A stretch of DNA of 64,000 nucleotides from Ruditapes philippinarum (taxonomy: Eukaryota), in assembly GCF_026571515.1 (NCBI RefSeq), contig NW_026866079.1, positions 1 to 64,000 of the forward strand. The letters run 5' to 3'. Shown in pieces: positions 24,770 through 39,600 of the stretch (position 1 is the first letter of the stretch; each line of letters begins with the position of its first letter). A model generated the notes under the pieces. That model saw only the letters and a program-made list of their open reading frames with translations. It had not been told where the DNA came from and ran no database searches. Made by a program: the position numbers and the translations under genes.

Positions 24770-27197
24770 TTTGTCTGTAATGGCAGGAAGACCATTTGTC
24801 TGTAAAAGCTATTTGTTTGGTCTGTCTATAGGAGGATTGTTGCTCAAAGGTTTGAATGTATCTCTATATACAGTGAAACCTGTGCAAAGCTATCCTCTTC
24901 CAAGCAAATACCATTTTACAGTATTAAAACTCTCTTAACTAAGACTGAACACTTAATGTAATCTCTCTAGGGCAGCACCTCTCAACAACAACCTAGATCT
25001 TTGTCTCCAAGAGGGTGTTGCTCAGCAGAGGTTGTACTGTATTTTACAAATCTCAATCAATCACCCTACCTATTATGCACTATATCTGAACAATATGATC
25101 ATTACTAGATCATCTCTCATGTTTTTACATGTTCTAGTGATGACTCCTGAGTGAGTGTTACTGATAAGCCAATTTGCTCCCTCTATATGTGATCCCAAAA
25201 GTGATAGTAGTTGATAAATATTGATCAAACTTCAACTTCGAACGTTATGTTAGTCTTATTAACTTTTTCAATTAGTCCACCAAAAACCATCATAAAACCA
25301 TTATAACAACGTGAAGCTGAAGCAATGTTTAAAATACAAGTTGGAAAGGAAAGTCTTAATCATTCTGTTTTTAATGTTGTAACTGAATAATTTAAAACCA
25401 CTTATCATTTTCTCAATACAGTTTATGATTGTCCTACTAGGTCAACATAAAGTTTAAACATTTACACACCGATAAACTAGGGGAGATAACAATTAAAATT
25501 TTAAGCACGGTGGGATAAGAACAATTTTGAATTTCAAAAATCGGGACTTTATTTAAATTCTGAACAGTTAAAATACTGATTGACAAACACAACACTAAAA
25601 TGCACACTATGAACTAGTTATTAGCTAAATAAACAATTAATATCTATTCAGTTTAAACTTGTAACTTCGTGTTGTAACACAAGGAGGTAAATATCAATTT
25701 CAAATTCCACGTATCCAATATCAAAAGAAAATATTTTACATTAGAAACATGTGAGACAATTTAAGGATTACAATTTCAAGGTACAATATTTTTTTTATCA
25801 AATATCTTAATGTCTACAAAACTGACTCTCTTATAAAGGAAACAAGTGAGCATTATTATTTCATTATGATTTTTTTTTTTTCAAAAAAAAAGGAAGTAAA
25901 ATATACATATATTTTGATACACAAAGTCATGGTATTGAAAAACGTCTGGACAGAGCACTCCACTTTTCTCATTGCTATATTACAAATATAACTTAGAAAA
26001 GAAATTTTTTTTTCTGCAAATGAGTTAAGCAGACATACATGTCATTGATAGTCTACAAGAATTTCAAGTTTAAAGTAAATTCATATTTAGTTATAAAATA
26101 ATTTAAAGATTATCTGCCCTTTTGAAAATTAATGGTGTCCTTTCATGACAATAACAAGTACACCAAGTTTGAAGTGAATGACAAGCTATTATACTTGCTG
26201 ATAAAATGGACCTTAGCAAAAATGTTAACCAATGTTTATGTCTGAATGTTAATACTGACAAAAGAGTCATGATAATAACTCCACTTTTTTCTTTGAAAAA
26301 AGAAAAAGTTTAACCTTAATAAAATACTGTTTGCACTAGATCTTTATTAGCCCATAACCTGCTGAACTTCCAGCCCACCTTCTAGAACAGTCCATGATCA
26401 ATTTTGTCGATAAATACTGCATGGACATGACTAGTCACAAGTTTGAGGCCATAGAGCCACTGGGTTGTGAAGTTATTAGTCAAAAACCCATTGGACCTTG
26501 ACCCTAGACCCTGCGAGAGGTCATTTTCTGTCGAAGACAAATGCTTCTACCAAGTATGGTTTTTAAGGTCTCAATGGTTGTTACTGATAAAAAATTGTTC
26601 TGATATTCAAGGTGAATGTTACCTTGAGATTTAAAACTGCAACCCTGAAAGCAATAGGGGTCATGCAGAGGCCAAAACCAATGTACCTACGGCATTTGAC
26701 AGCAAAGGAAACAAAGAGCTATGCCTATTTTTCTTTTTCCATATGATCAAGAGAGAACTGATTTTATCCAGTGATTCTTTTAAGATTTCTATTCCAAATG
26801 GGAAATGTCAAAACAATTCTGGGTATGTCTGCTGTAAATATACTTGCAGACAACTTTGATCTTTGACATCATCTCATCATAGATGATATATATCAATGTA
26901 TTGATATAAAATACATACATATGAGACATACTCTATAATATAGTAATAGCTAATAATCAAAAGAACATCATACATGATAGCAAAATATGTTTTTGATAAC
27001 TAACATGTAATCAGATTCATTTAAACCAGTTTTTTTTAATAATCTTGAATTACTTTACAAAAAAGCAGTATTGAATGAAGATAAACGTAGGATGGTAACG
27101 CCCCCGCCCCTATCCCCCATCTACAAGTACTCACGGCATTAAAGCTTTTAATAATTACACATTATGACATCAACTTTCATCACAATTAAAACAAGTC

Positions 27198-27330
27198 NNN
27201 NNNNNNNNNNNNNNNNNNNNNNNNNNNNNNNNNNNNNNNNNNNNNNNNNNNNNNNNNNNNNNNNNNNNNNNNNNNNNNNNNNNNNNNNNNNNNNNNNNNN
27301 NNNNNNNNNNNNNNNNNNNNNNNNNNNNNN
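27198..27330. other. Assembly gap (133 N)
   Basis: Run of N; the paralogous block has 68 bp (40792-40859) between the same flanks. Confidence 0.99.
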
Positions 27331-27760
27331 TCAATGAACTCTCCCTACAAAACATTATCATAAGCTATAGCATTTACATTCTTTCTGCTGTATGACAAAA
27401 GGTAACAATAACATATTAAATCAAATCAGATTTAATGATCAAAACAAAGATCATAGGTCGGCAATTTTGAAAACAATATGTCATCATTTAAATCGCGACA
27501 TATGGTGTTACACCTTATTTTTCATGTTTCAGTAAAAATTACAAACTGTTATATTGTTGAATTTCAAATTAAAACTAAAACTACCTTTACTTTGAAACAA
27601 AAAAAAATATTTTTTAACACACAAGAACATCATAAAATGATGAATGTTTCATATGTGTGTACACATTTTAATTGACGACTGTGGCTTTTTGCAGAAATGA
27701 GTAAGAAGTTGTTTTGTTTTATGCTAAAGACTACAGATTTAAAATATTTTGTGCAAAAAC

Positions 27761-28373
27761 TTAGATGATGGACCATGGGATATCACTAGATTAACTATTA
27801 CAGAACTTGCTGTCACTATTCCTCTCAAACAAACAATACAGTTAATATCATTTAATCAAACAAACTCATAAAGAGGCATACTATAAAGGTTGATGGAAGT
27901 GTTATGGTATAAGCTGTTATCAAGGTTAAACTTGTTGTGTTATTCCTTAATCCTACAAAACTTCAGATCCTTGATATGAATGGCACTATACTGACAAAAA
28001 TTGATGGAAAAATTAATTTCAAAATCCAGAATATATCACATGTAACAGAAGTTCTATCTATGTATCTGACTGTGGCATGAAGACAGTAACAAGATTTAAC
28101 TGGCAAGGTGATGTGATTGTTAGTTATAGTGGTATGGGTTACCCTACAGGAATGTCACTGTCAGATGATGGTACTGTCTTTGTGTGTGACCAGGGCAGAG
28201 ATATAATAGAAGAGATATCAGGAGATTGTTCTACAGGAAAGGTGGTGATGCAGGATCTGAAGAGACCAAAGGCTGTGTGTTGGTGTGTAGAAACAAAGAA
28301 GTTATATTACAGCGGTCATGCTTCTTGGGGTGAAAAATATGGCAACTTCCTTCATATCAATAACCTGTCATAG
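27761..28373 (+). pseudogene. TRIM-like copy 3, 5'-deleted and frameshifted
   Basis: Flank homologous to 41012-41262 is fused directly to mid-propeller sequence (LDDGPWDI); several indels; residual ORF 28077-28373. Confidence 0.9.
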
Positions 28374-28887
28374 ACTTAAACAGAGACTAATTAAACAGAG
28401 TTGATTAAACAATATGTCAACAGTTCTTAAATTCATCATTCATTCTTCAAAAACTGGTCTTAAAGTAAAAGAATATTTAAAATTAAGCAAGATGGTTTTA
28501 TGTTAGTTTTTTTTAAATTTTCAAATGTTTAGTAAAATCTTTGGAAGTTAGCAATATACTTTTATGTCAGAACTTTTTTTCATCTTTAAATGTTAAGTAA
28601 AATCTTATGTTATGAGGATGAATGATTTAATCTAGCCATTTGTTGCATTCTTATAAATGGTTTGGTGAGAAACTAGGAAACTTTTAGGGTGATGCTGAGA
28701 ATACACTGAACAACAAAGGAACCTCATGCAGTGATAATGATTGTCTGATAAAGGCTTATGACCAATTTATTAATATTCAATGTTAAGAAGTTACATAACT
28801 CCTATTAATATTGCCTTCAGGATAATGCCCCATGTCTGATAACGGCAATGATTATCAATGACCAATGTTTATAAATATTAAATGTTA

Positions 28888-31800
28888 AACTAGAACTCCG
28901 AGAGTCGGATGTGTCCCCTTGTGAACAATATAGTTTAGGAGAACGGCCAGGACAAAAATAAAATATGAAAATTAACAAAGGGCAATACCTAAAAAAAATA
29001 AGAAATGCAGAGCAGCAGTTTCTGTGCACTGCACTTCTTATCAATAAGATCTTTCATCCTATGAAGTTTTAAGTATATAGCTTTTATAATTTATGAGAAA
29101 TGGCCTGGGTAAAAATAAAGTATGAACATCAATAAAGGGTAATAACTGAAAAATAAGAAGTGCAGAGTACCAGTTCTTGTATACTGCACTTTTTCTTAAT
29201 AAGATCCATCATCCTATGAAGTTTAAAGACCAAAGCTTTTATACTTTAGGAGAAATGGCCTGGACAAAAATAAAATATGAACATTATCAAAGGGCAATAA
29301 CTCAAAAAATAAGAAAATTTATTGCAGAGTACCAGTTCTTGAGCACTGCACTTTTTCTTAACGAGATCTATCATTCTATAAAGTTTCGTGTCCATAGCTT
29401 TTATACTTTAGGAGAAATGGCCTGGACAAAAATAAAGTATGAAAATTAACAAAGGGCAATTAGAACTATCGCTGAATGCGATTCATACCCCCACCAATGT
29501 CCTTGACAGAAGACGACTTGGAAAGGTGGTTAAGGGAATAACTTTAGTAGCACAAATACATATACATAAAAGGAAATTATCTCTTGTGAAAAAAAGACTA
29601 ATTGTACAGGTAAAAGTATAAATATATATTGTCAAATCATGTTCGAAACACTTAAAAATAACCTTTCATTGTCCCAATGTACTAAACATTTGAGTAAAGT
29701 TTGAAGAAAATCCTTCCATTAGTATATAATTTATAGAGCGGACACAACATATTGTCTAGTATTGATTGTATGTAAATCTAAAGACTTAAAAAGGGGCATA
29801 ACTTTGCCGAAATGCAATACAGAGTTATGAAACTTGACCAGCATATCTTAATTGTGACACCTCATATATCTTTTAAGATTCAAGCAAATACCTGTGCTAG
29901 TTTCAGAAATATTCAAGTACGTGTTAAAATTTAAGAACATTTTCTAAGTAAATTTTAGACCTTCAAGTGTGACCTTGACCTTTAGCGGGCACAAAGGTAA
30001 CATGAACCCAGCACATAACCTTGTTGAGATGAACATTTGAGTAAAGTTTGAAGAAAATTCTTCTATTAGTATAGGATTTATAGAACGGACACGACATATT
30101 GTCTCATATTTGATTGTATGTAAATTTGAAGACATAAAAATGGGCATAACTTTGTTAAAATGCAAGACATAGTTATGACACTTGACCAGCATATCTTAAT
30201 TGTAACACTTCATATGTGTTTTAAGTTTCAAGCAAATATTTTTTCTAGTTTCAGAAATATTCAAATACATGTTTAAATTGAAGAATATTTTCTAAGTCAA
30301 TTTTTTACCTTCAATTGTGACCTTGACCTTAAGCCGACAAAAAATGTGACATTGGTTCTGCACATCACCTTGTTGAGGTGAACTTTTGATCCAAGATTAA
30401 AGAAAAGCTTTCAATCAGTGTAGGACTTACAGAGCGGACACGACATACTGTCTAATATTTGATTGTTTAATATTTGACCTTCAATTATGACCTTGACCTG
30501 ACACATGGGAAACATGGATTCTGCACATACCCTTGTTGAGGTGAATATTTGAGCCAAGTTTGAAGAAAATCTTTAAATAAGTGTAGGACTTAAAGAGCGG
30601 ACACGACATACTGTCTTATATTTGATTGTTTGATATTTGACCTTCAATTGTGACCTTGACCTTTTGAGCTGACACATAGGCCACATGGGGTCTGCACATA
30701 CCCTTGTTGAGGTGAATATTTGAGCCAAGTTTGAAGAAAATCTTTAAATTTGTGTAGGACTTACAGAGCGTACGCGACATACTGTCTAATATTTGATTGT
30801 TTGATATTTGACCTTCAATTGTGACCTTGACCTTTTGAGCTGACACATGGGAAACATAGATTCTGTACATCCTCTTATTGAGGTGAACATTTAAGCCAAG
30901 TTTGAAGAAAATCTTTCAATTAGTGTAGGACTTCAAGAGCGGACACGACATACTGTCTTATATTTGATTGTTTGATATTTGATCTTCAATTGTGACCTTG
31001 ACCTTTTGAGCTGACACATAGACAACATGGGTTCTGCACATACCCTTGTTGAGGTGAATATTTGAGCAAAGTTTGAAGAAAATCTTTAAATTAGTGTAGG
31101 ACTTACAAAGCGTACGCGACATAATGTCTAATATTTGACCTTCAATTGTGACCTTGGCCTTGAGCTGACACATGGGCAATATAGGTTCTGAACATCCCCT
31201 TGTTGAGGTGAACATTTGAGCAATGTTTGAAGAAAATCTTTCAATTAGTGTTGGACTTACAGAGCGGACACGACATACTATCTTATATTTCATTGTTTGA
31301 TATTTGATTTTCAATTGTGACCTTGACATTGAGCTGACAAATGGTCAACATAAGTTCTGCACATCCCCTTGTTGAGGTGAACATTTGAGCCGAGTTTGAA
31401 GAAAATCATTCCATTTGTGTAGGACTTACAGAGCGGACACGACATACTCTCTAATATTTGATTGTTTGATATTTGACCTTCAATTGTGACCTTGACCTGA
31501 AACATGGGCAACATAAGTTCTGCATATCCCCTTGTTGAGGTGAACATTTGAGCCAAGTTTGAAGAAAATCCCTCATTGGTATAGGATTTTTAGAGCGGAC
31601 ACAAAAATGGAGACGGACGGACCGACGGACGTGACACAGCGAATCCCATATAGTCCCTACCCTAACATTTTGTGATGGGGGTATAATAACTCAAAAAATA
31701 AGAAATGCAGAGTACCGGTTCTTGTGCACTGCACCTAATCTTCATGAGATCTATCATCCTATGAAGATTCAAGACCATAGCTTTTAAACTTTATGAGAAA

Positions 31801-32213
31801 TGGCCCAGACAAAAATAAAGTATGAAAATTAACAAAGGGCAATAACTCAAAAAATAAGAAGTGCATAGCACCGGTTCTTGTACATTGCACTTTTTCTTAA
31901 TGAGATCTATCATCCTATTTAGTTTCAAGTCCATAGCTTTTATACATTAGGAGAAATGGCCAGGACAAAAATAAAGTATGAAAATTAACAAAGGGCAATA
32001 ACTCAAAATTTAGGAAGTGCAGAGTACCGGTTCTTATGCACTGCATTTCGCATCATTATAAGAAGCATGCATACCAAGTTTGAATTCAATCCGACTTATA
32101 AAGACTGACTATTGCTCCGGACAAGCTAAAGGTGACTCCGACGCCGACAACGACGCCGACACCGTCGACAAAAGTAACCCCTATATGTCGCCTTTTTCAA
32201 GGCGACACAAAAA
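28888..32213 (+). mobile_element. Tandem-repeat-bearing element with a second one (about 29459-31688) nested inside
   Basis: aactagaactccgag ... tgtcgcc-ttttcaa-ggcgaca caaaa end; the outer acaaagggcaataactc array is split by an inner array of ~180-bp tgaccttcaattgtgaccttgacc units. Confidence 0.8.
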
Positions 32214-32294
32214 GGGTCATAAATCCTAAAATTATTCCTTTCTGGATACGATTGATGTTGAACTTTTCATAGCCTTAAAATCATTCTTACTTAA

Positions 32295-32911
32295 TCTTTT
32301 ACCCCATGAGCATATTTCTAAAAAAATGGCCGTTTTCATTGAAAAGCTTCCTGTGACAAGTTCAAACTACTATAAAACTATAAAAAAAAATGCTTCAATA
32401 CTGATAAAACTTGGTGGAAATGTTGACAAGACCATACCCTATGTAACAGCATGCTCAATTGTAAATTTCCTATTACCATGGCAACAGGAGGACGTCTCAA
32501 AATTGCGAAAAAAATCACTATTTTGCATTGTTTTTTTCTATCAAAACTGATTTCAAAGTGCTGCAACTTCTCAATGAATTGAGATAGAGTAAAAGGCTTT
32601 TCAGCGTCGGTTACTAGTAACCCTATGATCGACCTGAGGCCATTGTTAGTCTGTCACATGTCCAAAATTTTCTTGGCGATCAGGGGGACTACCGCCCCCT
32701 TCAAACCCCCCAAGAAGGGGGAACATCCCCCTTCTGGCAACCCCCTGATGTAACATTTGGATGGGGGACGGCGCGGAAAAAGTGGTCACTTTTTTAACAA
32801 CATTTCTCAAACGAAAAACAGTGTTTTGGGCCTAAATAGGGCATTTTTTCACTGTTTTAGGCCTCCAAAAAGGGGGGGAGCCCAAGAAACACGTCTATAT
32901 GAGGGAAAAGG
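32295..32911 (+). mobile_element. piggyBac-like non-autonomous element
   Basis: TTAA TSD; TIR tcttttaccccat / atgagggaaaagg; empty site acttaataagc at 12331; related inverted copy at about 45610-46155. Confidence 0.8.
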
Positions 32912-33387
32912 TTAATAAGCAATTTTGACAAAAGTTAAAAAGGGGCCCAACTGCAAAAATGTAGCTTTGAGTATAAAACCCTTCTAGTCTATCAACTTTA
33001 TCTTGATGACAACATTGTGCATCAATTGTTATAATTCTTTTTTTTTTTCAAAACAGACATACTGTAAATGACAACTTTCTATTCATTTATAAACTGTCTG
33101 TAATAGGTTGCATCTATTATAACATTTAAAACTAAGATTAAAAATATCTATATTTTTTATTTTACATAACAATATGATTCACCTGGTGAGTATTTTTCTT
33201 TTGTTATTATCAAATGCAATTTATATTTTATGTAGCCTGTCCTGTTTCTACATAAGCATTTTAACATTTTAAAATTATTCAGACTGCATCAATAAAAGTC
33301 ACTATAAACTACTTACTGTTGTAAAAAAATAAGGTAAAACATAAGAATACTATATCGGTTAAAAGAATTAGTGACAGCGTACTTATA

Positions 33388-36300
33388 AGAGAGGTGCCAA
33401 ACTTATTTTGAACAAAAGAAATATCTGCATTGTAAGACACATGCACGCGATTATCATGATTGTTGTGTATAATCGGTTTTGGTTTAACCTATGTATACAT
33501 TTACATGAACTTTAACTTGATTGAGGAAACGGTACATACAAAAATAAGCGACAAAGTTGAGGGTATAGTTGTAGGGTTTTTGAAGACTAACCGCAGCTAC
33601 AGAAGTATTCAAAAGTAACAAGAATTTGTACCAGAGTAACCATCGCGCCCCGCCTCCGGAAGTTTTAAATGAAGCATAAAATTGAGCTTTTTCAAAAGCT
33701 CAAGACTTTCAGTCCAAAATTATGATCAATGCTAGATCAGCAAATGCAACAATAAATTTATTAAAGAAATAAAATGAAACACGGAATTTAAAAATCTATC
33801 ATATTAAGCTTTGACCTCTAAGTGTGACCTTGACCTTAAAGGTAAATGTGCATGTGTTGTGCATGACATATTGTCTTATTATTGTAACTATTTGTGCTAA
33901 GTATTTTCAAAATCCCTTGAACTATGAAGAAGTTATTGATCGGACACAAAATATACCCAATAACAGACTATGTTAAATCTTTGACCTCTAAGTGTGACCT
34001 TGGAGGTAGGGACCAATGTTTTGCGCCTGACATATCGTCCTTTTATTGTGATTATTTGTGCAATGTATTTTTAAAATCCCATGGGCTATGAAAAAGATAT
34101 GGACTGGACACAAAATATACCCTATAACAGACTATATAAATCTTTGATCTCTAAGTGTGAGCTTGACCTTGGAGGTAGGACAGCAAGTGTTGTACTTGAC
34201 ATATCATCTTATCATTTTGACTATTTGTGCCAAGTTATTTCAAAATCCTTTGAACTATGAAGAAGTTCTAGATTGGACACAAAATATACCCTATAACAGA
34301 CTATGTTAATATTTTACCTCTAAGAGTGACCTTGACCTTAGAGGTAGGGATGCAGGTGTTACGCATGATACATTGTCTTATTATAATGACTATTTGTGCC
34401 AAGTATTTTCAAAATCCTTTGATCATTGAAAAAGTTATTCACCAGACACAAAATATACCCTGCAACAGACTATGTTAATCTTTGACCTCCAAGTGTGACC
34501 TTGACCTTGCAAGAAGGTGAAAGGTTGTTGCGCATGACACATCGTCTCATTATTGTAAACAATTTGTGCAAGTATTTACAAAATCTCTTGTAGGATAAGA
34601 AAGTTATGGACCAGACATGACATACACCCTCAAATATACAAAAAGGCCATGATGGCCCGAGATCTCTCACCTGACCCATCAAACTCATCCGAACAATTAC
34701 CTAGACAAGCATTTTGACGAAGTTTCATGACAGGTGAATCAAAAATGTGACCACTAGAGTGTTAACAAGGATTATCCATATTTGAGCAGAGTGACCTAGT
34801 TTTTGACCCCATGTATCCCATATTAAAACTTGACATAGAAATCATCAAAACAAACTTTCAGACCAATATCAAGGATATTTGGATCAAAACAGTTGCCACT
34901 AGAGTGTTAACAAGATTTTTATATCTTTAGCTCCTGTGACCTAGTTTTTCATCCGAAATGACCCATGTTCGAATTCGTCCGAGCAATTTCCTAGACAAGC
35001 ATTCTGACCAAGTTTAATGATAATTGAGTCAAAAATTTGACCAAAAGAGTGTTAACAAGCTTTTTCTTTTTTAAGCTCCTCTGACCTAGTTTTCAACCGA
35101 GATGACCAATGTTCGAACTTGACCTAGAATTCATCAAAACAAACTTTCAGACCAATTTCCAGGATATTTGGATCAAAACAGTAGCCACTAGAGTGTTAAC
35201 AAGATTTTTATATCTTTAGCTCCTGTGACCTAGTTTTTCATCTGAGATTACCCATGTTCGAACTCATCTGAGCAATTACCTAGACAAGCATCCTGACCAA
35301 GTTTGATGACGATTGAGTCAAAAATGTGACCACTAGAGTGTTTACAAGGTTTTTCTATTTTTAGCTCCTGTGACCTAGTTTTTCATTCGAGATGACACAT
35401 GTTCGAACTCATCCGAGCTATTACTTAGATTAGCATCCTGGCAAAGTTTGATAATGTTTGAGGAAAAAATGTGACCGCGAGAGTGTTAACGAATAACTGT
35501 CGACGGACGACGGAAGACAGACAACAGACATTCAACGATCCTAAAAGCTCACCCTGAACTAGGTCAGGTGAACTAAAAATGTTGACCTTGAATGAGCAAG
35601 TGCGACCTTGACCCTGGAGGTAGGGGTCCGGTTGTTGCGCATGACACATCGTCTTATTATAACAAATATTTGTGCCAAGTTAATTCAAATTCCTGTGATA
35701 ATTGACAAAGGACAACGAAAGTGTGACGGACGGATGTATGGACGGAGCCGTTTTCAATATCCCCCTTTTTCTTCGAAAAGGCAAGGGAGAACATCAATCT
35801 ATGGGTTATAGCATTTCATTGGGCTCCATTAGGAATATTAGCTACCAAATAGGGTTACAACGCAGCGTTACTTCTCTTCGAATTTTAAAGGGGGTACATT
35901 TACAAAACGACCAATGGCAGCCACACCTGACATCTTAAGGAAGGTTGGTTGTTTCATCGCCAAAGTGAACCTGCCTTCTAAAGAAGAAATGGCTTCAAGA
36001 TTAGGTGTGTCAAAGGCACCTATCTATAGCATTATAAATAAAATTCTGAAAGCAAAATTACGAAAGAAATGCAAAGTTCATGAACATCGCATGGCACAAA
36101 TAAAGAAGCGCAGGGCCAGATCTTGGAAGCTTTATCTGAAATTAAAATGGAACCAGTGGAAAAAACTTTGTCACTTTGGATGAGGCTATGTTTTTGGATC
36201 ATCGATAAAGGTACAAAGGTGAACTCTGAGTACTATATCAACAAAGTGCTCAAGCCATTTTTGGAGAAAGATGTTCTGAGACTTTTTCCTGAGGGGCAAA

Positions 36301-36686
36301 AGTAACGACATTCCACCAGGAGAGTGCATCTAGCCACACATCTAAAAGAACGCTTTCATTTCAAACAGACAAATTAACTTTATTACCCCCGAGGAGTGGA
36401 GGCCAAAGTCCCCTGATGCTGCACCGATGGACTTTGGTATCTGGGTGTTCTAAAACGTCGGCTGCAGAAGCAGCAAATAAACACGATTGTCGGTCTCAAA
36501 AGGGCACTGAAGGACGAGTGTCGCAAACTTGACCAAGCAACTATAAATAAGACTTTAAAATGGTGGCCAAAGCGTCGGAGGATGATTTACAAATGTCAAC
36601 CACTCATATTTACTACAATAAATTAGTGTTTCCTGAGAATTAGCTGAAATTTTCTGTTTGTTCAAAAATAAGTTAGGCACATCTCG
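33388..36686 (+). mobile_element. Decayed Tc1/mariner-superfamily transposon with nested insertions
   Basis: TA TSD; ~30-bp TIRs gagaggtgccaaacttattttgaacaaa / tttgttcaaaaataagttaggcacatctc; transposase remnants KVNSEYYINKVLKPFL, FHQESASSHT and WRPKSPDAAPMDFGIW; empty site near 19240. Confidence 0.9.
33617..35790 (+). mobile_element. Tandem-repeat-bearing element inside the transposase, containing another at about 34638-35579
   Basis: ~165-bp tttgacctctaagtgtgaccttg units; inner element ggccatgatggcc...gctcaccctgaactaggtcaggtgaact with its own array. Confidence 0.8.
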
Positions 36687-39600
36687 TATTGGATACAATT
36701 GTATGATAAAACATTTGTCTTTGTGTTAGACTCCAAGGATAGAAATGATACATGGTATATGATATATGGAAAAGATAGCAGGAGGTTGCTCTACAAGAAA
36801 GTGGTGTTGCAGTATGTCAAGTTTTCCCTGATAAAATGAAGAAGCTGTAAACACTTCAGTTGTTGAAAAACAGGTGCAAACTATGTTCATATCTACAAAT
36901 TGACAAGACTTAACCCATATTCAAACAATGTCAAAAATTTATGATAAATAATAAATTTAATTTGATTTGCAAACATTTAAACATTCAAGATCTTACACTA
37001 TTATGGTCATATGGCCACTGATTGACAGGTGGAGCAAAACCCCTGGTACCCCTGACATGCATTATTTCAGGCAATTAAGTAGAACCACCAACATTCTGTT
37101 AATTAGCTGAACAAATTCCTTGCATGGAGGAACACAAAATATTTGGCAAAATTTGAGACCATATCATCACAGGTCAAGGGGTTTGAAATCTGAGCAACCT
37201 TAACTGCTCAATTGTTATTTAAGAAGGCTTTTAGCTGAATAAATTAGTTGTTCAAAAATTGAACGAGATATTAAAATGATTCTTAAACATGATTGTATTT
37301 CCTTTACTGTGTGAAATTTTAATCAAGTCATGTAATTTTTGTAGTATATTAGCAAATTTGTATTAGACGAAAATATATTTCCCTGATTACTTAGTACCAA
37401 TAAATGTCGTTTTGCGCACATATTTTGATGACTATGTACTTTTCAGTGTGAAAGTCATTCAGCTTTTGGATTGACAGCCTGACATATACTTTTTTTACAT
37501 CGCACCAATGCAGTATAGGTTACAGGGCACGATTCAGCTTTACTGGTCAGTGGTGTAGGAAGACCTTAGGCGCTCTTCTATGAATTATATCTGGCACCAA
37601 TAGGCACCTTAGTAGAACCACTGACATGATGTTGGATAACTTCCTCACACAAAATCCTCACACAAAATCCCTACTGGGATTCAAACCAAATGCCATCAGG
37701 GGCAAGTGGTTTGAAGTTAACAACCTAAACCATTGGACCACAGACGCCCCCGATGCAGATTTTTATCCTGATATGAGTGAATTTTCTCCTCATGACCATG
37801 CTAAAACTGTATACATAATTAGTGTCTCCATACATAATTATTTTACAATAAATCTACTTACTTTTGTCCAACAGGTTTTATTCAGATTCTTGAGCATGTC
37901 AACCCGCAAGTTGACCAAAAAGGTGTGATTTTTAATATTCAACCAAACTTGTCAACAAAGGCCATCGAGGGGAAAGTGTTAAAGTTCCCTTTGTTTGGGG
38001 TATGATTATCATTTTGCTTGATGAGCAATTTTAAAATCGCGGGCGCACAAAACACATGTATCTTTTAAAATCATGTTAACTGATATTTTTAATTATAAGT
38101 ATTAAAGCCAAAAATACAATATTTCTGCCGAACGACCAGAGATCTAGTTCAAGAGTTCGAGCAACCAGTGTTTGAGTGAAACTTAGGTAGAACAACATAG
38201 ATTATATAGGAAAATTTGCTGGTACTGGTCAAGAGTTTGAGAGAAGTGGGGAATTTAAGCAATCCGAGTTTGAGCGATTAGTGTTTGAGTAATATCGTAG
38301 TTGTGAGAAGACTTGGCTGGTATCTATTGAGAAATGTAAAAGTTAACAGTACACGTATGCAGTCAAACTTGTCTTAAAGATCACCTCAGAACAAAGACCA
38401 GTTTAAGACAACCTTTTTTAGTTTAGGCAGAACAAAGTAACCTCGAAATGAAGGCCACTTGTCTGTAAAAGCCAATTGTTTGGTCTCTCTATAGGTTGCT
38501 CTTTGTTCAAAGGTTTGACTGTATCTCTATATACAGTGCCACCTGAACAAAGTTGACCTCTTCAGAGCAAATACAAGTATTAAAACTCTCTTAAATAAAA
38601 CTGAACAATTAATGTAATCTCAATAGGACAGCACCTCTAAGCAACAGCCTACACCTTTTTCTTCGAGAGGGTGTTGCTTAGCAGAAGTTGTACTGTACAT
38701 GTATTTCAATAATCTCAATCACTTTTGAGATCACGCACTCACCGGGTACCTATTATGCACCATATCTGAAGTATTTGATCATATATGTGTTTTTATTACT
38801 AGATCATCTCTTAGGTTTTTACATGTTCTAGTGATGACTTTAAAGACTGACCAGTATTACTCTATATGTGATCCCAAAATTAGTATTTGATAAATATTGA
38901 TCAAACTTCAACTTCTTTATGTAAGTCTTATTAAATCTTCCTATTAGTACACTAAAAAACAACATAAAACCATAAAAACAACGTGAAGCTGAAAACAATG
39001 TTTAGAATGCAAGTTGGGAAGAAAGTCTTAATCATTCTGTTTTTTAATGTTGTAACTGAATGATTTAAAACCACTTATATATCATTTTGTCAATACAGTT
39101 TATGATCATTCTACTAAGTCAACATAAAGTTTAAACATTTACACACCCACAAACTAGGGGAGATAGCAATTTAAATGTTAAGAATTGTGGGATAAGAACA
39201 ACTTTAAATTTCAAAAATCGGGACTTTATTTAAATTTTGAACAGTCAAAATACTGACTGACAAACACGACACTAAAATGCTCACTATGCACTAAAAACAA
39301 TTGATATCTATTCAGTTTAAACTTATACATTTGTGTTGTAACACAAGGAAGTAAATATCAATTTCAAATTCCACGTATCCAGTATCAACAGCAAAATATT
39401 TACATTAGAAACCTGTGAGACAATTTGAGGATTACAATTTCAAGGTACAATATTTTTATTAAATATCTTAATGTCTACAAAAATGACTCTCTTATAAAGG
39501 AAACAAGTGAGCGTTATTATTTCATTATGCTTTTTTCAAAAAAAAGAAAGTTAAATATACATTATATTTTGATACACAAAGTCATGGTATTGAAAAACGT

